Origin: Dehalococcoidia bacterium
GTDB lineage: Bacteria > Chloroflexota > Dehalococcoidia > SM23-28-2 > RBG-16-64-32
Length of the DNA stretch: 64,000 nt
NCBI GenBank assembly: GCA_963665775.2
Contig: CAXXTF010000001.1
Span: 608,001 to 672,000 of the forward strand
Direction: 5' to 3'
The position numbers and the translations under genes are program-made. This document shows positions 9,105 to 19,689 of the stretch, in pieces; position 1 is the first letter of the stretch; each line of letters begins with the position of its first letter. The notes beneath the pieces are model-generated. The model was not told where the DNA came from. It made no database searches and saw only the letters and a program-made list of their open reading frames with translations.

Positions 9105-9181
9105 TGGTGGCGCATACGGGATTCGAACCCGTGATCTCCGCCTTGAGAGGGCGGCGTCCTGGGCCACTAGACGAATGCGCC
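9105..9181 (-). tRNA. tRNA-Glu (CTC)
   Basis: GGCGCATTCGTCTAGTGG...CCGCC-CTCTCAA-GGCGG...GGTTCGAATCCCGTATGCGCCACCA. Confidence 0.97.
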
Positions 9182-9186
9182 AGGAT

Positions 9187-9260
9187 TGGCTGCGGGACTA
9201 GGATTCGAACCTAGACTAACTGATCCAGAATCAGCCGTGCTACCATTACACAATCCCGCA
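9187..9260 (-). tRNA. tRNA-Gln (CTG)
   Basis: TGCGGGATTGTGTAATGGTAGCAC-GGCTGA-TTCTGGA-TCAGT...GGTTCGAATCCTAGTCCCGCAGCCA. Confidence 0.97.
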
Positions 9261-9681
9261 GGGACAAGCTGATTCTAGCAAAGTGCCGCTAGGCGGGCAA
9301 ACGCCGAGAACGGCTATGGGTCAGGCAATGATACCTGGCTACCGCAGACTTCGTCGGGCCGCCTTCAGCCTCTCTATGGCGGGCTCGCCCGTGATCGATT
9401 TCCAGACTCGGCAGGCCGTCCAGGGGTACCTTGAGCCGGAGTGAAGGCCGCTGGCAGCAGTCCGTTGTCGCACATTTCGACGATGGCTAGGAAGCCGTCC
9501 TCAAGGGAGGGGAACTGGTAGATCCTCAGGTGCCTTTTAGCTATCTACGCCTCGTCGCCGGAATATAAAGGATCCTTCGATTGACTGCGTGGCCTCGAAG
9601 CCCCATACTGCCGTCTGCGGAAGCACACTAGCTATTTATGCCGCGACCGGTCTGCACTGCATCTGAGGAGGAGGAAGCGCG

Positions 9682-10113
9682 ATGCTAAGCTGCGAGAAGC
9701 GTACTTTAGTGGACGCCCCGGTGGATAAGGTCTTTACTTACCTGGCAGACTTCACACGTCACCCAGAGTGGGCTGCCCATCGATTGAAGATAGAGCCGAC
9801 CTCGCAAGGTCCGGTCGGCATCGGCAGCACGTTCGCCAGTTCGGGCCACCAAATGGGCCGCGAGAACGAGAACAAGGTGGTGGTGACAGAGTTTGTGGCC
9901 AACGAAAAGTTGGTGTTTGAGGCCGAGGGCCAACAGGGGAGGTTCCGCCACTCTTTTGAGGTGCAGCCAGCCAACGGAGGTGCCCGGCTCACCAAGCGCT
10001 TCGAGCCCCTGCGACTCTCGCTCATGGCCAAGCTCATGGCGCCTGTCCTCATCTTACTAAGCCCGCGGGGGCTGGCCGGCGACCTGCAGCGCATCAAGTC
10101 ACACTTGGAGTAA
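9682..10113 (+). CDS. SRPBCC (polyketide cyclase/START-like) family protein
   Basis: VDAPVDKVFTYLADFTRHPEW; strong RBS GAGGAGG. Confidence 0.85.
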   Translation: MLSCEKRTLVDAPVDKVFTYLADFTRHPEWAAHRLKIEPTSQGPVGIGSTFASSGHQMGRENENKVVVTEFVANEKLVFEAEGQQGRFRHSFEVQPANGGARLTKRFEPLRLSLMAKLMAPVLILLSPRGLAGDLQRIKSHLE

Positions 10114-10491
10114 GGGAAAGCGGCGACCTTTGGGTGCCATCCCATGGCCAGGAGTGGGGATGCCTGGGCGATCGCCTGTGGCATGCCAGCTATCCTTATC
10201 CTAAGGGCCCTATTGAGGCTCATCTTCATGCCTCGGATTCGGAAGCTCGATTAGTGTCCGGAGTGTGGGACTCGAAAAGATAGTCGTGACCGTAGCTTAT
10301 GCTCGCCACGACCCGCGTGGGCGGCATGACCGCTGGGTATAGCTTGCGGCAGCCCGCCGCCAATACCAGCCGAAAATGGCTGGCCTCAGCCGGGACAGTC
10401 CGGAAGCGCGCCGCGGGACGCCAGCACCCCACCTACGGCCATTGGTTGCGGTCTGTCGCATCGACGTCTTTCGGCCTGTAGACTTAGAACG

Positions 10492-11151
10492 ATGGATTCT
10501 CTCGGCCAGGTTCACAGTGAAGTGGTTCATTGTCGGAAGTGCCCTCGGCTCGTGGAATGGCGAGAACAGGTGGCCATCGAGAAGCGAACGGCCTTCAAAG
10601 ATTTCGATTACTGGGGCCGCCCGGTTCCTGGATTCGGCGATCCGCAGGCGCGGCTTCTCGTCGTGGGCCTCGCTCCGGCAGCGCATGGTGGGAACCGGAC
10701 GGGCCGGGTTTTCACGGGTGACCGGTCCGGCGACTGGCTATACAGGGCGCTCCATCGTGTCGGCTATGCTAACCAGGCCAGCAGCAGCCATAGCGACGAT
10801 GGATTGGCCCTGACGGGTGCTTATGTGACAGCAGCGGTTCGTTGCGCTCCCCCGGCCAACAAACCCACGGGAGAGGAGAGGGACAACTGTCTGCCCTACC
10901 TTGTCCGGGAGCTGAGGCTGCTAAAGGAAGCGCGGGTGATTGTAGCGCTTGGTGCGTTCGCGTACGATGCGGTATCTCGGGCAACCGGCCTCAGACCGAA
11001 GCCGAAGTTCGGCCACGGCGTCGAGGCCCACCTGCCTGATGGGCGGGTCGTCCTCTGCTCGTACCACCCGAGTCAGCAGAACACATTCACCGGCAGACTC
11101 ACAGAGGAGATGCTCGACGCTGTCTTGAGTCGGGCCCGGCTTCTGGCCTGA
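10492..11151 (+). CDS. udgB: Uracil-DNA glycosylase, family 5 (UdgB-like)
   Basis: [45 protein letters not shown]. Confidence 0.93.
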   Translation: MDSLGQVHSEVVHCRKCPRLVEWREQVAIEKRTAFKDFDYWGRPVPGFGDPQARLLVVGLAPAAHGGNRTGRVFTGDRSGDWLYRALHRVGYANQASSSHSDDGLALTGAYVTAAVRCAPPANKPTGEERDNCLPYLVRELRLLKEARVIVALGAFAYDAVSRATGLRPKPKFGHGVEAHLPDGRVVLCSYHPSQQNTFTGRLTEEMLDAVLSRARLLA

Positions 11152-11164
11152 GTTGAAGCATCGG

Positions 11165-12634
11165 CTACCGCAGCCTTCGTCGGGCCGACTTCAGCCGCTC
11201 GACCGTTCGCTGCTGCCCCAGCACGGCCATCGTCTCGAACAGCGGCGGCGCGGCCGTCTTGCCGGTGACCGCCACCCGGATCAGGCCGAACAGCTCTCCC
11301 GTCTTGTAGCCCAGCTCCTGGGCCAGAGGGCGGATGGCCCCCTCAAGCCCATCGTGCGCCCACGGCTCCAGCCCGTCGATGCCGGCGAGAACAGCTTCCA
11401 GGGCGTCGGCGGCCTGGGCGTCGTCGTCGGCGAATCGCTTCCCTAGCATATCCTCGAGCGTATAGTCCAGCTCGCCCTCCTGGAAGAAGAAGCCGGACAG
11501 CGCCACGGCCTCCGGGAGGAGCTTGATGCGCTCGTGGATTAGCGGGACGATGCGCTCGAGGTACTCGCGGTCCAGGGGCCCGACCGCGGCCTCCAGAACC
11601 GGGCGGAGCCGCTCGGCCAGCTCCTCGACGGGCAGGGCGCGGAGGTAGACGCCGTTCATCCAGGTAAGCTTCTCGACGTTGAAGATGGCGGGGCTCTTGA
11701 GGATGCGCTCCAGGCTGAAGTGGCGGACGAACGTATCGCGGTCGATGACCTCGGTACGGTCGTCCAGGGACCAGCCCAGCAGGCCGAGGAAGTTGAACAG
11801 GGTTTCGGGCAGGAATCCCTGGTCGCGGAACTGCAGTACGGAGGTAGCGCCGTGGCGCTTCCCCAGCCGGGCGCCGTCCGTACCCAGGATCGTGGGCAGG
11901 TGGGCGAAGGTGGGCGGCTCCCAACTGAAGGCGTCGTACAGGAGGATGTGCCGAGGCGTGGACGAGATCCACTCGTCACCTCGGAAGACGTGGCTGATGG
12001 CCATGAGGTGGTCGTCTACCACGCTGGCCAGGTGGTAGACGGGGAAGCCGTCCGACTTCAAGATCACAAAGTCGTCCAGGGTATCGTTCTCGAAGATCAG
12101 GTCGCCGCGGATGACGTCACGGTACGTCGTCTGGCCGGCGAGCGGCGTGCGGAAGCGGAAGACGGGGGTGATGCCCTGGGCCTCGAACTGCGCCCGGTCG
12201 TCCGAGGGGAGGTCGCGGCAGCGGCGGTCGTATTTGGGGGGGAGCTTGCGCCTCTGCTGGTCCTTCCGCACCTCGTCCAGACGTTGGGAGGAGCAGAAGC
12301 AGAGGTAGGCCTGGCCGGCGTCAAGAAGCTGGCGGGCCGCCTTCTGGTAGATATCCAGGCGGTGGGACTGGACGTACGGACCGTGCTCGCCGATATAGCG
12401 AGCCGGGTCCTTCGGGTCGGGCCCCTCGTCCCACTCCAGGCCCAGCCAGCGGAGGGTCTCCGCTATCGACTCCAGGGCGCCGGGCACCACGCGGCTCTGG
12501 TCGGTATCCTCTATGCGGAGGATGAAGGTCCCGCCCTCGTGCCGGGCGAAGAGCCAGTTGAATAGGGCCGTGCGCACGTTGCCGACGTGGAGGTCACCGG
12601 TCGGCGAGGGGGAGAAGCGGACGCGGACGGACAT
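11165..12634 (-). CDS. gltX: Glutamate--tRNA ligase
   Basis: RFSPSPTGDLHVGN (HIGH-like), LRIEDTD, LGKRHG (KMSKS-like). Confidence 0.97.
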   Translation of the reverse strand: MSVRVRFSPSPTGDLHVGNVRTALFNWLFARHEGGTFILRIEDTDQSRVVPGALESIAETLRWLGLEWDEGPDPKDPARYIGEHGPYVQSHRLDIYQKAARQLLDAGQAYLCFCSSQRLDEVRKDQQRRKLPPKYDRRCRDLPSDDRAQFEAQGITPVFRFRTPLAGQTTYRDVIRGDLIFENDTLDDFVILKSDGFPVYHLASVVDDHLMAISHVFRGDEWISSTPRHILLYDAFSWEPPTFAHLPTILGTDGARLGKRHGATSVLQFRDQGFLPETLFNFLGLLGWSLDDRTEVIDRDTFVRHFSLERILKSPAIFNVEKLTWMNGVYLRALPVEELAERLRPVLEAAVGPLDREYLERIVPLIHERIKLLPEAVALSGFFFQEGELDYTLEDMLGKRFADDDAQAADALEAVLAGIDGLEPWAHDGLEGAIRPLAQELGYKTGELFGLIRVAVTGKTAAPPLFETMAVLGQQRTVERLKSARRRLR

Positions 12635-12723
12635 CTCCGCCTCATTCTAGCAGAGGCGGAAGCCCAGAACCTAGGGATAGGGGCGTTGAACAAAGGACGG
12701 CGAGCCGGTATCCTGGCAGGGAG

Positions 12724-13023
12724 ATGGCAAGCGTAATCGAGGTCAAACCGGAGCGGTTGGACTCCCTGTACGTGAACGGGCTCGAGCTTCCTTACGTGGA
12801 GTTCGACACGTCGGAGCCAGCCCTCAAGCTGATCTACCAGGGCGAGGAGTTCGCGTACTGGCGGACGGTGCCGCACAAGGGCTACGGGTCGCTGCTGGCC
12901 CGGCGCATCCGGGAGCTGGCGGGGGAGGGGAAGAAGCCTCTGCTGGCGCGGTTCGGCTTGAGGATCTACATCTACGCCACGGGTGTCGTTCCCATCGGCT
13001 CCGGCAAGCCGCCGGCAGCTTAG
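12724..13023 (+). CDS. Hypothetical protein
   Basis: 99-aa ORF divergent from gltX, GC3-rich codon usage. Confidence 0.7.
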   Translation: MASVIEVKPERLDSLYVNGLELPYVEFDTSEPALKLIYQGEEFAYWRTVPHKGYGSLLARRIRELAGEGKKPLLARFGLRIYIYATGVVPIGSGKPPAA

Positions 13024-13922
13024 CCGCCCAGCTCTAAGGCGTTCAGCACCTCGCGAAGCTCCGGCGGTAACGGCGACTCAAACTCGATGGCGCGGTCGCT
13101 GGTCGGCAGCCGGAAGGCGAGGCGGTGGGCGTGCAGGAACTGCCGGCCGATAAGCGCCGAGCGTCTGCCGTACGTGGCATCGCCGACGATAGGGTGACCG
13201 ATGGCGGCCAGGTGCACGCGAATCTGGTGCGTGCGTCCGGTCACCGGCTCCACCGCCAGCAGGGCGTAGTCGTCCCACAGCTGACGGGTGCGGTAGCCCG
13301 TCTCCGCTTCCCGCCCGCCGGCGACGACGGCCATCTTCTTACGGTTCCTGGGATGCCGTCCGATGGGCGCCTCGATGACCCCTTCTGCCGGTCGGGGCAC
13401 GCCCTGGACGAGGGCCAGGTATGTCTTGTGGACATCGCGGTCCTTCAGTTGCTGGGCCAGGCTGCGGTGGGCACGATCGTTCTTCGCCACCACGAGGAGG
13501 CCGGAGGTATCCTTGTCCAGCCGGTGGACGATGCCCGGCCGCAGGGTACCGCCGATGCCCGACAGGTCTGGACAGAGGGCCAGGAGGGCGTTCACCAGAG
13601 TGCCCCGGGGATGGCCGGGTGCCGGGTGCACCGTGAGGCCGGCCGGCTTGTCGACGACGATGATCTCCTCGTCTTGGTAGATGATCGTCAGGGGGATCGT
13701 CTCGGGGAGGAGCCGTAGCGGCTCGGGCTGCGGAATACGGGCGATGACCTGATCGCCTGGGGCCAGCCGCTGGGAGGGCTTCGCCGGGTGACCTCCCACT
13801 GTCACCAAACCTTCATCGATGAGACCGCGGACCCGATTGCGCGAGAGATCGCGGCAACGCCGGGCCAGGAAGACGTCCAGCCGCTCGCCGAGGCGGTCGG
13901 CGGCGAGCTCAATCGTCTGCAT
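13020..13922 (-). CDS. rluD: RluA-family pseudouridine synthase (RluD-like)
   Basis: S4 domain, VDKPAGLTVHP, GIVHRLDKDTSG, TGRTHQIRVH. Confidence 0.95.
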   Translation of the reverse strand: MQTIELAADRLGERLDVFLARRCRDLSRNRVRGLIDEGLVTVGGHPAKPSQRLAPGDQVIARIPQPEPLRLLPETIPLTIIYQDEEIIVVDKPAGLTVHPAPGHPRGTLVNALLALCPDLSGIGGTLRPGIVHRLDKDTSGLLVVAKNDRAHRSLAQQLKDRDVHKTYLALVQGVPRPAEGVIEAPIGRHPRNRKKMAVVAGGREAETGYRTRQLWDDYALLAVEPVTGRTHQIRVHLAAIGHPIVGDATYGRRSALIGRQFLHAHRLAFRLPTSDRAIEFESPLPPELREVLNALELGG

Positions 13923-14436
13923 GGGCGGCGGGCTCCGATCGGCTGGAGAGGAAGGCGTAGCCCAGGATGAGGATGACGATGCCGATGGTTATGGAGGAGT
14001 CGGCAACGTTAAAGGTGGGCCAGATCGGGAAGTCGAGGAAGTCTGTAACCTCGCCCAAGCTGAGGCGGTCCAGCAGATTGCCGAGCGCACCGCCCAGGAT
14101 CATCCCCACCGCGATGGGGACGATAACGTGGTCAAAGGGTGGGAATCGATAGTAGAAGTAGATGGCGGCCAGCCCTATGAGGGTGGTTACGATGAGGAAG
14201 CTGTTCTGGTTCTGCAGGATCCCGAAGGCGGCGCCGCTATTCGTGAGGTGATGCAGCCGCACCGGCCAGTCTGCGCTGGGCCAGATGTCGCCGCGGTCTA
14301 TTAGCGTCCGGACCAGCACCTTACTGGCCTGATCCAGGGTAATGACAAGCGCGGCGGTGGCCCAGAACAGGCTCCGCCGCAGCCCGGAGGCGGGGGTTCT
14401 CTGAGGGGGCGTGTGCGTGACGTCTACAGGGCGCAT
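13909..14436 (-). CDS. lspA: Signal peptidase II
   Basis: LDQASK, NSGAAFG, GGALGNLLDR, VTDFLD, FNVADS. Start uncertain. Confidence 0.93.
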   Translation of the reverse strand: MRPVDVTHTPPQRTPASGLRRSLFWATAALVITLDQASKVLVRTLIDRGDIWPSADWPVRLHHLTNSGAAFGILQNQNSFLIVTTLIGLAAIYFYYRFPPFDHVIVPIAVGMILGGALGNLLDRLSLGEVTDFLDFPIWPTFNVADSSITIGIVILILGYAFLSSRSEPAAHADD

Positions 14437-14608
14437 TCGTACCGAGTTGATGATAGCATGGAGAGCTTCCGGCAAAACCCGGCGCCCGCCGCGTCGAGGG
14501 GGCAGTCGTGGCCGGTGCGCGTCCGATTTGCGCAGGTTTGACGGTTGCCATAGGTGATTGGTAGGCTGAATTCGTAGTTTGCCCCACATCCACTGGAAAG
14601 GTACTGCG

Positions 14609-15211
14609 GTGGCTCTTGACCTAGCCTTTGGCCGCTCGAGGGACCAGGAGAAGTACGGAGAGCGTGTGCCGCCCGGCCAGCGAGTCGTGGCGGATTGGCC
14701 GGTGCTGACCTACGGCGGCACCCCCCAGATCGACCTCGCCAAGTGGGCATTGCGGCTGTTCGGTGCCGTGGAAGGGGAAGTGGAGCTCACCTGGGAGGAG
14801 TTCACCGCTCTGCCTCGCACCACGGTTCACTGCGATATGCATTGCGTGACCTCCTGGAGCCGCCTGGACAACGACTTCGAAGGGGTGGCCCTCCAGGAAC
14901 TGCTCAAACATGTGAAGCCCTTGCCTTCCGTAGAGCACGTCATGGTTCACTCCTACGGCGGCTACACTACCAACGTTTCTCTCCCTGACCTCATGGCGGA
15001 GAACGTCCTCCTGGCCTACAAGCACGATGGTGCGGAGCTGGCGACGGAGCACGGTGGCCCGGCGCGCCTGCTAATCCCCCACCTCTACCTCTGGAAGAGC
15101 GCCAAGTGGGTGCGCGGCCTGGAGTTCCTGAACAGGGAGCAGCCCGGCTTCTGGGAGAAGTACGGCTACCACATACATGGCGATCCCTGGAAAGAGGAGC
15201 GCTACTCGTGA
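14609..15211 (+). CDS. Sulfite oxidase-like molybdopterin-binding oxidoreductase (YuiH-like)
   Basis: [47 protein letters not shown]. Confidence 0.92.
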   Translation: MALDLAFGRSRDQEKYGERVPPGQRVVADWPVLTYGGTPQIDLAKWALRLFGAVEGEVELTWEEFTALPRTTVHCDMHCVTSWSRLDNDFEGVALQELLKHVKPLPSVEHVMVHSYGGYTTNVSLPDLMAENVLLAYKHDGAELATEHGGPARLLIPHLYLWKSAKWVRGLEFLNREQPGFWEKYGYHIHGDPWKEERYS

Positions 15212-16197
15212 CCCAGGCTGGTACCCTTGACGTCACCGACCGGCAGCTTCTCAATCGGCTGCAGAGCGATTTCCCCCTCGTTGAGCAGCCCTTCGCCATC
15301 GTTGGCCAAGGGCTGGGCCTCGGCGAGGATGAGGTGCTGGAGCGGGCGCGGGCGCTGCGTCAGTCCGGAATCGTGCGCCACCTGAGCGCCATCTTCGATG
15401 TCTATCGGGTGGGCTATCGCAGCACCCTGGTCTCGTTCTCCGTACCGGAGGAGCGGCTGGAGGCTGCCGCCGCTGTCGTGAGCGCTCATCCGGGCGTGAG
15501 CCACAACTACGCCCGGGAGCACGTGTACAATCTGTGGTTCGTGCTGGCGGTGCCCCGTTCAGTCGATCTCGACGCGCTCGTGGCCGACCTGGCCGCGAGA
15601 GCAGAGGCCACCAAGTACCACATATTGCCCTCCCTGAAGCTGTACAAGATCAATGTGGAGTTGGACGTGGTGAAGGGAGAGGGGAACCAGGGCCAGGTGT
15701 CGCGCCACCCGAAGGCTCCCAGGCGGGAGTTGACCGCCGAGGAGATCGGGCTGGTACGGGCGCTCCAGGATGATCTGCCGCTGGTCAGTCGCCCCTTCGC
15801 TCAGGCGGCGGCCGACCTGGGAATGACGGAGGAACAGTTGTTGGCCAGGGCTCGTGCCCTACAGGAGGAGGGGATCATGCGCCGCTTCGCCGCGGTGCTG
15901 CGCCACCGCGCGGTTGGCTTCACCGCTAACGGTATGGCCTGCTGGATTGTGCCGGAGGAGCGGATCGAGGAGTGTGGGACGCGCTTCGGCTCCTATCCGC
16001 AGGTGAGTCACTGCTACCGGCGCCCCACCTTCGACGACTGGCCCTACAGCATCTTCACCATGATCCACGCCCAGAGCCACGCCAAGTGCGAGGAGACGGT
16101 GCTCAGGATCGCCGCCGACGTGGGTGTCCACGAGTACGCTATCCTGTATAGCCACACAGAGTACAAGAAGGAACGAGTCAAGTACTACGCGGAGTGA
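15208..16197 (+). CDS. Fused siroheme decarboxylase (AhbA-AhbB / NirDL-like, Lrp/AsnC fold)
   Basis: Two repeats of LQ.D.PLV..PF...A; GVSHNYAR and VSHCYRR motifs. GTGA overlap with the upstream gene. Confidence 0.9.
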   Translation: MTQAGTLDVTDRQLLNRLQSDFPLVEQPFAIVGQGLGLGEDEVLERARALRQSGIVRHLSAIFDVYRVGYRSTLVSFSVPEERLEAAAAVVSAHPGVSHNYAREHVYNLWFVLAVPRSVDLDALVADLAARAEATKYHILPSLKLYKINVELDVVKGEGNQGQVSRHPKAPRRELTAEEIGLVRALQDDLPLVSRPFAQAAADLGMTEEQLLARARALQEEGIMRRFAAVLRHRAVGFTANGMACWIVPEERIEECGTRFGSYPQVSHCYRRPTFDDWPYSIFTMIHAQSHAKCEETVLRIAADVGVHEYAILYSHTEYKKERVKYYAE

Positions 16198-16198
16198 T

Positions 16199-17281
16199 AT
16201 GAGCGAATACGCCAAGGATCGACCCCACGACGACAGCGCCTTCGAGCGGATGCGCTACTACCTGCGGGAGATCGGTCAGGGGCCCAAGAACTGCCGCGAT
16301 CTGACGCGGGAGGAGGCGCGGGACGCCATGGAGATGATCCTGGCGCGTCAGGTCACAGACGCTCAGATGGGGGGCTTCCTTCTTGTCGAGCGGTTCAAGG
16401 GGGAGTCGCCGGAGGAGCTGCTGGGGTTCGCCGACGCCATTCGTGCCGGCGCCCGCCTCATCCAGCCCCGGGTGGAGGGGCTGCTGGACATCGGCAGCCC
16501 CTACGACGGGCGCCAGCGAAACCTGGTGATCAGCCCGGCGGCGTCGATCGTGGCCGTGGCGGCGGGGGTGCCTATCGTCATGCAGGGGGAGAAGGACATG
16601 CCGCCCAAGCACGGCATGCCGGTGGGAGACGTGCTGGCGGCGTTGGGGGTGGACGTGGACGCCGAGCCGCCGGAAGTGGAGGCGAGCATCGAGGAGGAAG
16701 GGTTCGGCTACATGCGGCAGGCTCGCTTCGTGCCGGCGGTGTTCGCCCTGAAGGATGTGCGGGAGGAGATCGCCCTGCGCAGCAACATCAACACCATCGA
16801 GAAGCTGTACAACCTGGCGGGGGCGCCGTACAGCCTGATCGGGCTGACGCACGTGCCTTACCTGGAGAAGATGCTGGCGGCCGCCAAGCAGATGGGGTTC
16901 CGCCGCTTAATGATAGTTCAGGGCATCGAGGGCAACGAGGACGTGCCGACCTCGCGGCCCTGTCGCGTGTTCCAGAGCGTGGACGGGGAGATGCAGGAGT
17001 CGCGGCTGAACCCCCAGGAGTACGACCTGTTGCCGGCCTCGGCGGAGGAGCTGGCCGGCGGCGACGCCGCCTATAACGCCGATGTTCTCCTGCAGGTGCT
17101 GGAGGGGGAAGTCAGCGCGCAAAGGGACCTGGTAGTGCTCAACGCGGGCATCCGCATCTACTTGGCCGAGCGTGCCGAGAGTATCGGCGAGGGCATAGAC
17201 CGCGCCCGTGAGGCTATCGACTCCGGCGCCGCCCGGGCGAAGCTCGAATCGCTCCGTCAACGGGCGATCAGCCGCGTTTGA
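16199..17281 (+). CDS. Anthranilate phosphoribosyltransferase-like protein (TrpD/YbiB glycosyltransferase family 3)
   Basis: IGQGPKNCRDLTREEA, GGFLL..RFKGESPEEL, PYDGR (YbiB-type, lacks the TrpD GTGGD motif). Confidence 0.8.
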   Translation: MSEYAKDRPHDDSAFERMRYYLREIGQGPKNCRDLTREEARDAMEMILARQVTDAQMGGFLLVERFKGESPEELLGFADAIRAGARLIQPRVEGLLDIGSPYDGRQRNLVISPAASIVAVAAGVPIVMQGEKDMPPKHGMPVGDVLAALGVDVDAEPPEVEASIEEEGFGYMRQARFVPAVFALKDVREEIALRSNINTIEKLYNLAGAPYSLIGLTHVPYLEKMLAAAKQMGFRRLMIVQGIEGNEDVPTSRPCRVFQSVDGEMQESRLNPQEYDLLPASAEELAGGDAAYNADVLLQVLEGEVSAQRDLVVLNAGIRIYLAERAESIGEGIDRAREAIDSGAARAKLESLRQRAISRV

Positions 17282-17316
17282 CCATGGGCTTGGGCAGCGC
17301 GTAGACTAATTCTGCC

Positions 17317-17754
17317 ATGGACGACTACGGGTTTGATATAGATGAGGTGATGCGGGTCATCGACTCGGCGGAGGTGTTGGTGATTCGTTTCGCCATCCTG
17401 GAGAAGCGTCTCCTCATCGATGCCCGAATCAGCGAGCAGGAAGGACCCATCATCGCTATCGTTCCCAGGGTTGGCTCCGTGGAGGAACGCTTTAAGGGGC
17501 TGAAGATGATGCGGCCTCGTCTTCCCGTGCCCGATAAGATCATGTCTTTCATGTGGCCGCGGCAGATGGAGACGTTCCGCAGTTCAGGCGTCTGGTCAAA
17601 GATAGAGGAGCGGATGGTCAGTCTCGGCGGTGAACCGATGTCAGAGCGGTGCCAGCAGGTATTCCTGGAACTGGCCCGTGCGGAGAAAGCGGAGACGCTG
17701 TCCGCCATCCGTGGCGGGGAAGACTACCAGTCGTTGTGGGAGCGTTCAGGGTAG
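17317..17754 (+). CDS. Hypothetical protein
   Basis: 145-aa ORF with coherent codon usage. Confidence 0.75.
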   Translation: MDDYGFDIDEVMRVIDSAEVLVIRFAILEKRLLIDARISEQEGPIIAIVPRVGSVEERFKGLKMMRPRLPVPDKIMSFMWPRQMETFRSSGVWSKIEERMVSLGGEPMSERCQQVFLELARAEKAETLSAIRGGEDYQSLWERSG

Positions 17755-17810
17755 GCTGGTAGCTAGAGCTGAATCTGTCGAAGGAACCCGGTAGCGGGGC
17801 CCCTTTCTTA

Positions 17811-18593
17811 TTGCTGATGAAGGTTGTAGGCCTGCGTGGCGATACCGTCACGCCCCCTTCTCCGCTGCGTACGAGCGGTAAGTTCGTCGGTCTCGCCCTG
17901 ACTCTGCTGCTGGTGGCGATCGCCTGTGGCGGCGACGCGGCTGTGCGTCCGGGTCAGGCTGTCGTCTCCACCATCCCCTGGGTCGTGCCCGAGACCGCCC
18001 GCTATCGAATCCTGGATAGCGACGACATCAAGGGGTCAGGGGTGCTGAGCATCGAGGCGCGGGGCGACGCTCTGATCTTCAGCCAGAGCTTCCAGTCCCA
18101 GGAGCAGGCGTTCACCGACGACATATCCGTAGAGACGGACGCGACTACCCTGCAGCCTCTCACTGTGCGGCGGGTGATCGCGGGGCCGGAGGGGGAGCGG
18201 GTGTGTGATGCGAACTACGCCGGTGGCGTGGCGGTTGTGACTCAGAGAGCCAGGGACGACGAGCGGATCGACAGGCTCGACGTGCCCGCCCCCTCTTACG
18301 ATAGCTGGACAGACCTCTTCCTCTGGCGCACGCTGCCCTTCGAGCAGGGGTACGAGGCCACCTATACGGATATCCTGACCTGCAGTCTCGCCAAGCCGGG
18401 TGTCCTCTCCGTGGAGATCAAAGTCACGGCTCTGGAGACGGTGTCCGTGCCAGCCGGCTCCTTTCAGGCCTGGCGGCTGGAGATCCGTTCCGGCGGGCTG
18501 ACGCAGAAGGCCTGGTACGCGGACGACGAGGCGCGCACGCTTGTCCGCTATGATAACGGGAACGAGGTCTTCGAGCTGGAGTCCGTGCACTAG
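17811..18593 (+). CDS. Putative lipoprotein (DUF3108-like)
   Basis: Lipobox LVAIAC; ETVSVPAGSFQAWRL motif. Start uncertain. Confidence 0.7.
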   Translation: MLMKVVGLRGDTVTPPSPLRTSGKFVGLALTLLLVAIACGGDAAVRPGQAVVSTIPWVVPETARYRILDSDDIKGSGVLSIEARGDALIFSQSFQSQEQAFTDDISVETDATTLQPLTVRRVIAGPEGERVCDANYAGGVAVVTQRARDDERIDRLDVPAPSYDSWTDLFLWRTLPFEQGYEATYTDILTCSLAKPGVLSVEIKVTALETVSVPAGSFQAWRLEIRSGGLTQKAWYADDEARTLVRYDNGNEVFELESVH

Positions 18594-18749
18594 CCGGCTC
18601 GACGCCCGGTTACAGATACGAATCTAGCCGTTTACCGCCAGGCAGAGAGCGGTAAGGGAAGACAGTTGAACAGGTCAAGAATACCCGGCAAACGCCGCCA
18701 TGATGCGCCGTATTGGCCACCGCCGCGATGGCCCATCCCACAACTATAT

Positions 18750-19469
18750 TCAGGGGATTCGCTCAACGGCTTTGACGGCCAGGCCCTTCGCAATCTCCAA
18801 TTGGGTTGCGCTATCTTCTGCGGGGAGATTCAGCATTATCCGGAGGTAGACATCGCCGTGGCGCAGACTCAGGACGCCCAGTGCCACCGTCTCTTCAAAG
18901 TTAAAGTGGTGAGAGGGGACCCGAACACCGTCGAACCAGGCGGCCTCGTCACCGATTCCGGGCACCGGCTCGCCCGCAACGCCTTCCATCTCAGCGCCTG
19001 CCCGGAGATCTTCCGGAGACCCTGGCTCGATCCGCAAGTAGATTCCAGAATCGGTTTGCCACTGGCCGTTCAGGGTCCCACATGGAAACGCGGTGACAAA
19101 CTCGCCCAGCGCCTCATCTGCCTCGTCCGGGGTCACCAGGTCACAAAAGGAACCGATTTGAGGCAGCGTGGTCGCGGCCGTGGGGGACGCGGCAGCCGTC
19201 GGCGTAGGCCCGCCCGGCGTGGCAGTTGGTTGTTCCACCGTGGGCGCTTGAGTTGGGGTTTCGCCGGGCGTCGTGGCCGCCACCTCCTCTTCTCCGTCGC
19301 CTCCTCCGCCGCACGCCGTGAGCGCCACCAGAGCTGTCAGCGCCAGAACGGCGACCAGCGTGGCAGCGACCCGCCTCGGGTTCGGCGTCGAGACCATAGG
19401 CGGGCGCGGCGGAAGAGGATCGGACAGCCCGGCGATAGGGGGCGAGGTGAAGAGCACGGCCATGAGCAA
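18750..19469 (-). CDS. Putative lipoprotein with T/P-rich linker (DUF3558-like)
   Basis: LVALTAC lipobox, CDLVT..EA, PVPGIGDEA. True start may be MVSTP. Confidence 0.7.
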   Translation of the reverse strand: MLMAVLFTSPPIAGLSDPLPPRPPMVSTPNPRRVAATLVAVLALTALVALTACGGGGDGEEEVAATTPGETPTQAPTVEQPTATPGGPTPTAAASPTAATTLPQIGSFCDLVTPDEADEALGEFVTAFPCGTLNGQWQTDSGIYLRIEPGSPEDLRAGAEMEGVAGEPVPGIGDEAAWFDGVRVPSHHFNFEETVALGVLSLRHGDVYLRIMLNLPAEDSATQLEIAKGLAVKAVERIP

Positions 19470-19689
19470 CCTCCGGTTCAGGCCTCTAAGGATATAAGAG
19501 GCCGCCTAGCCAAGATGGACATTCAAGGAGTGAGCTGCGATTGGACGGCCCTCGGTCTCCGCCTTTGGCTGCATGGTAATGAAGGTGGCTGAGGCGCGTG
19601 GAAGGATATGCCCGTCCTCATCGATGGTTATATTCATGGCCTTGAGTATACTATGCGCGCTGTTCGGGTGTAGCGGCTTTAAGTATGCC

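Larger units (their letters stand above)
1094..9118. mobile_element. Integrative element (genomic island) inserted at the tRNA-Glu(CTC) 3' end
   Basis: Direct repeat TGGTGGTGCATACG (1094-1107) vs TGGTGGCGCATACG (9105-9118, tRNA 3' end). Integrase adjacent to the tRNA; AlpA, ParB-like gene and extra recombinases inside. Confidence 0.88.

Noticed and set aside
9187-9260. Amber suppressor tRNA explaining the TAGs
   Set aside because: The anticodon is CTG (Gln), not CTA. The other two tRNAs are also standard.
9300-9680. Possible ncRNA or riboswitch upstream of the tRNAs
   Set aside because: No recognisable structure. The minus strand looks like a decayed oxidoreductase fragment, too weak to call.
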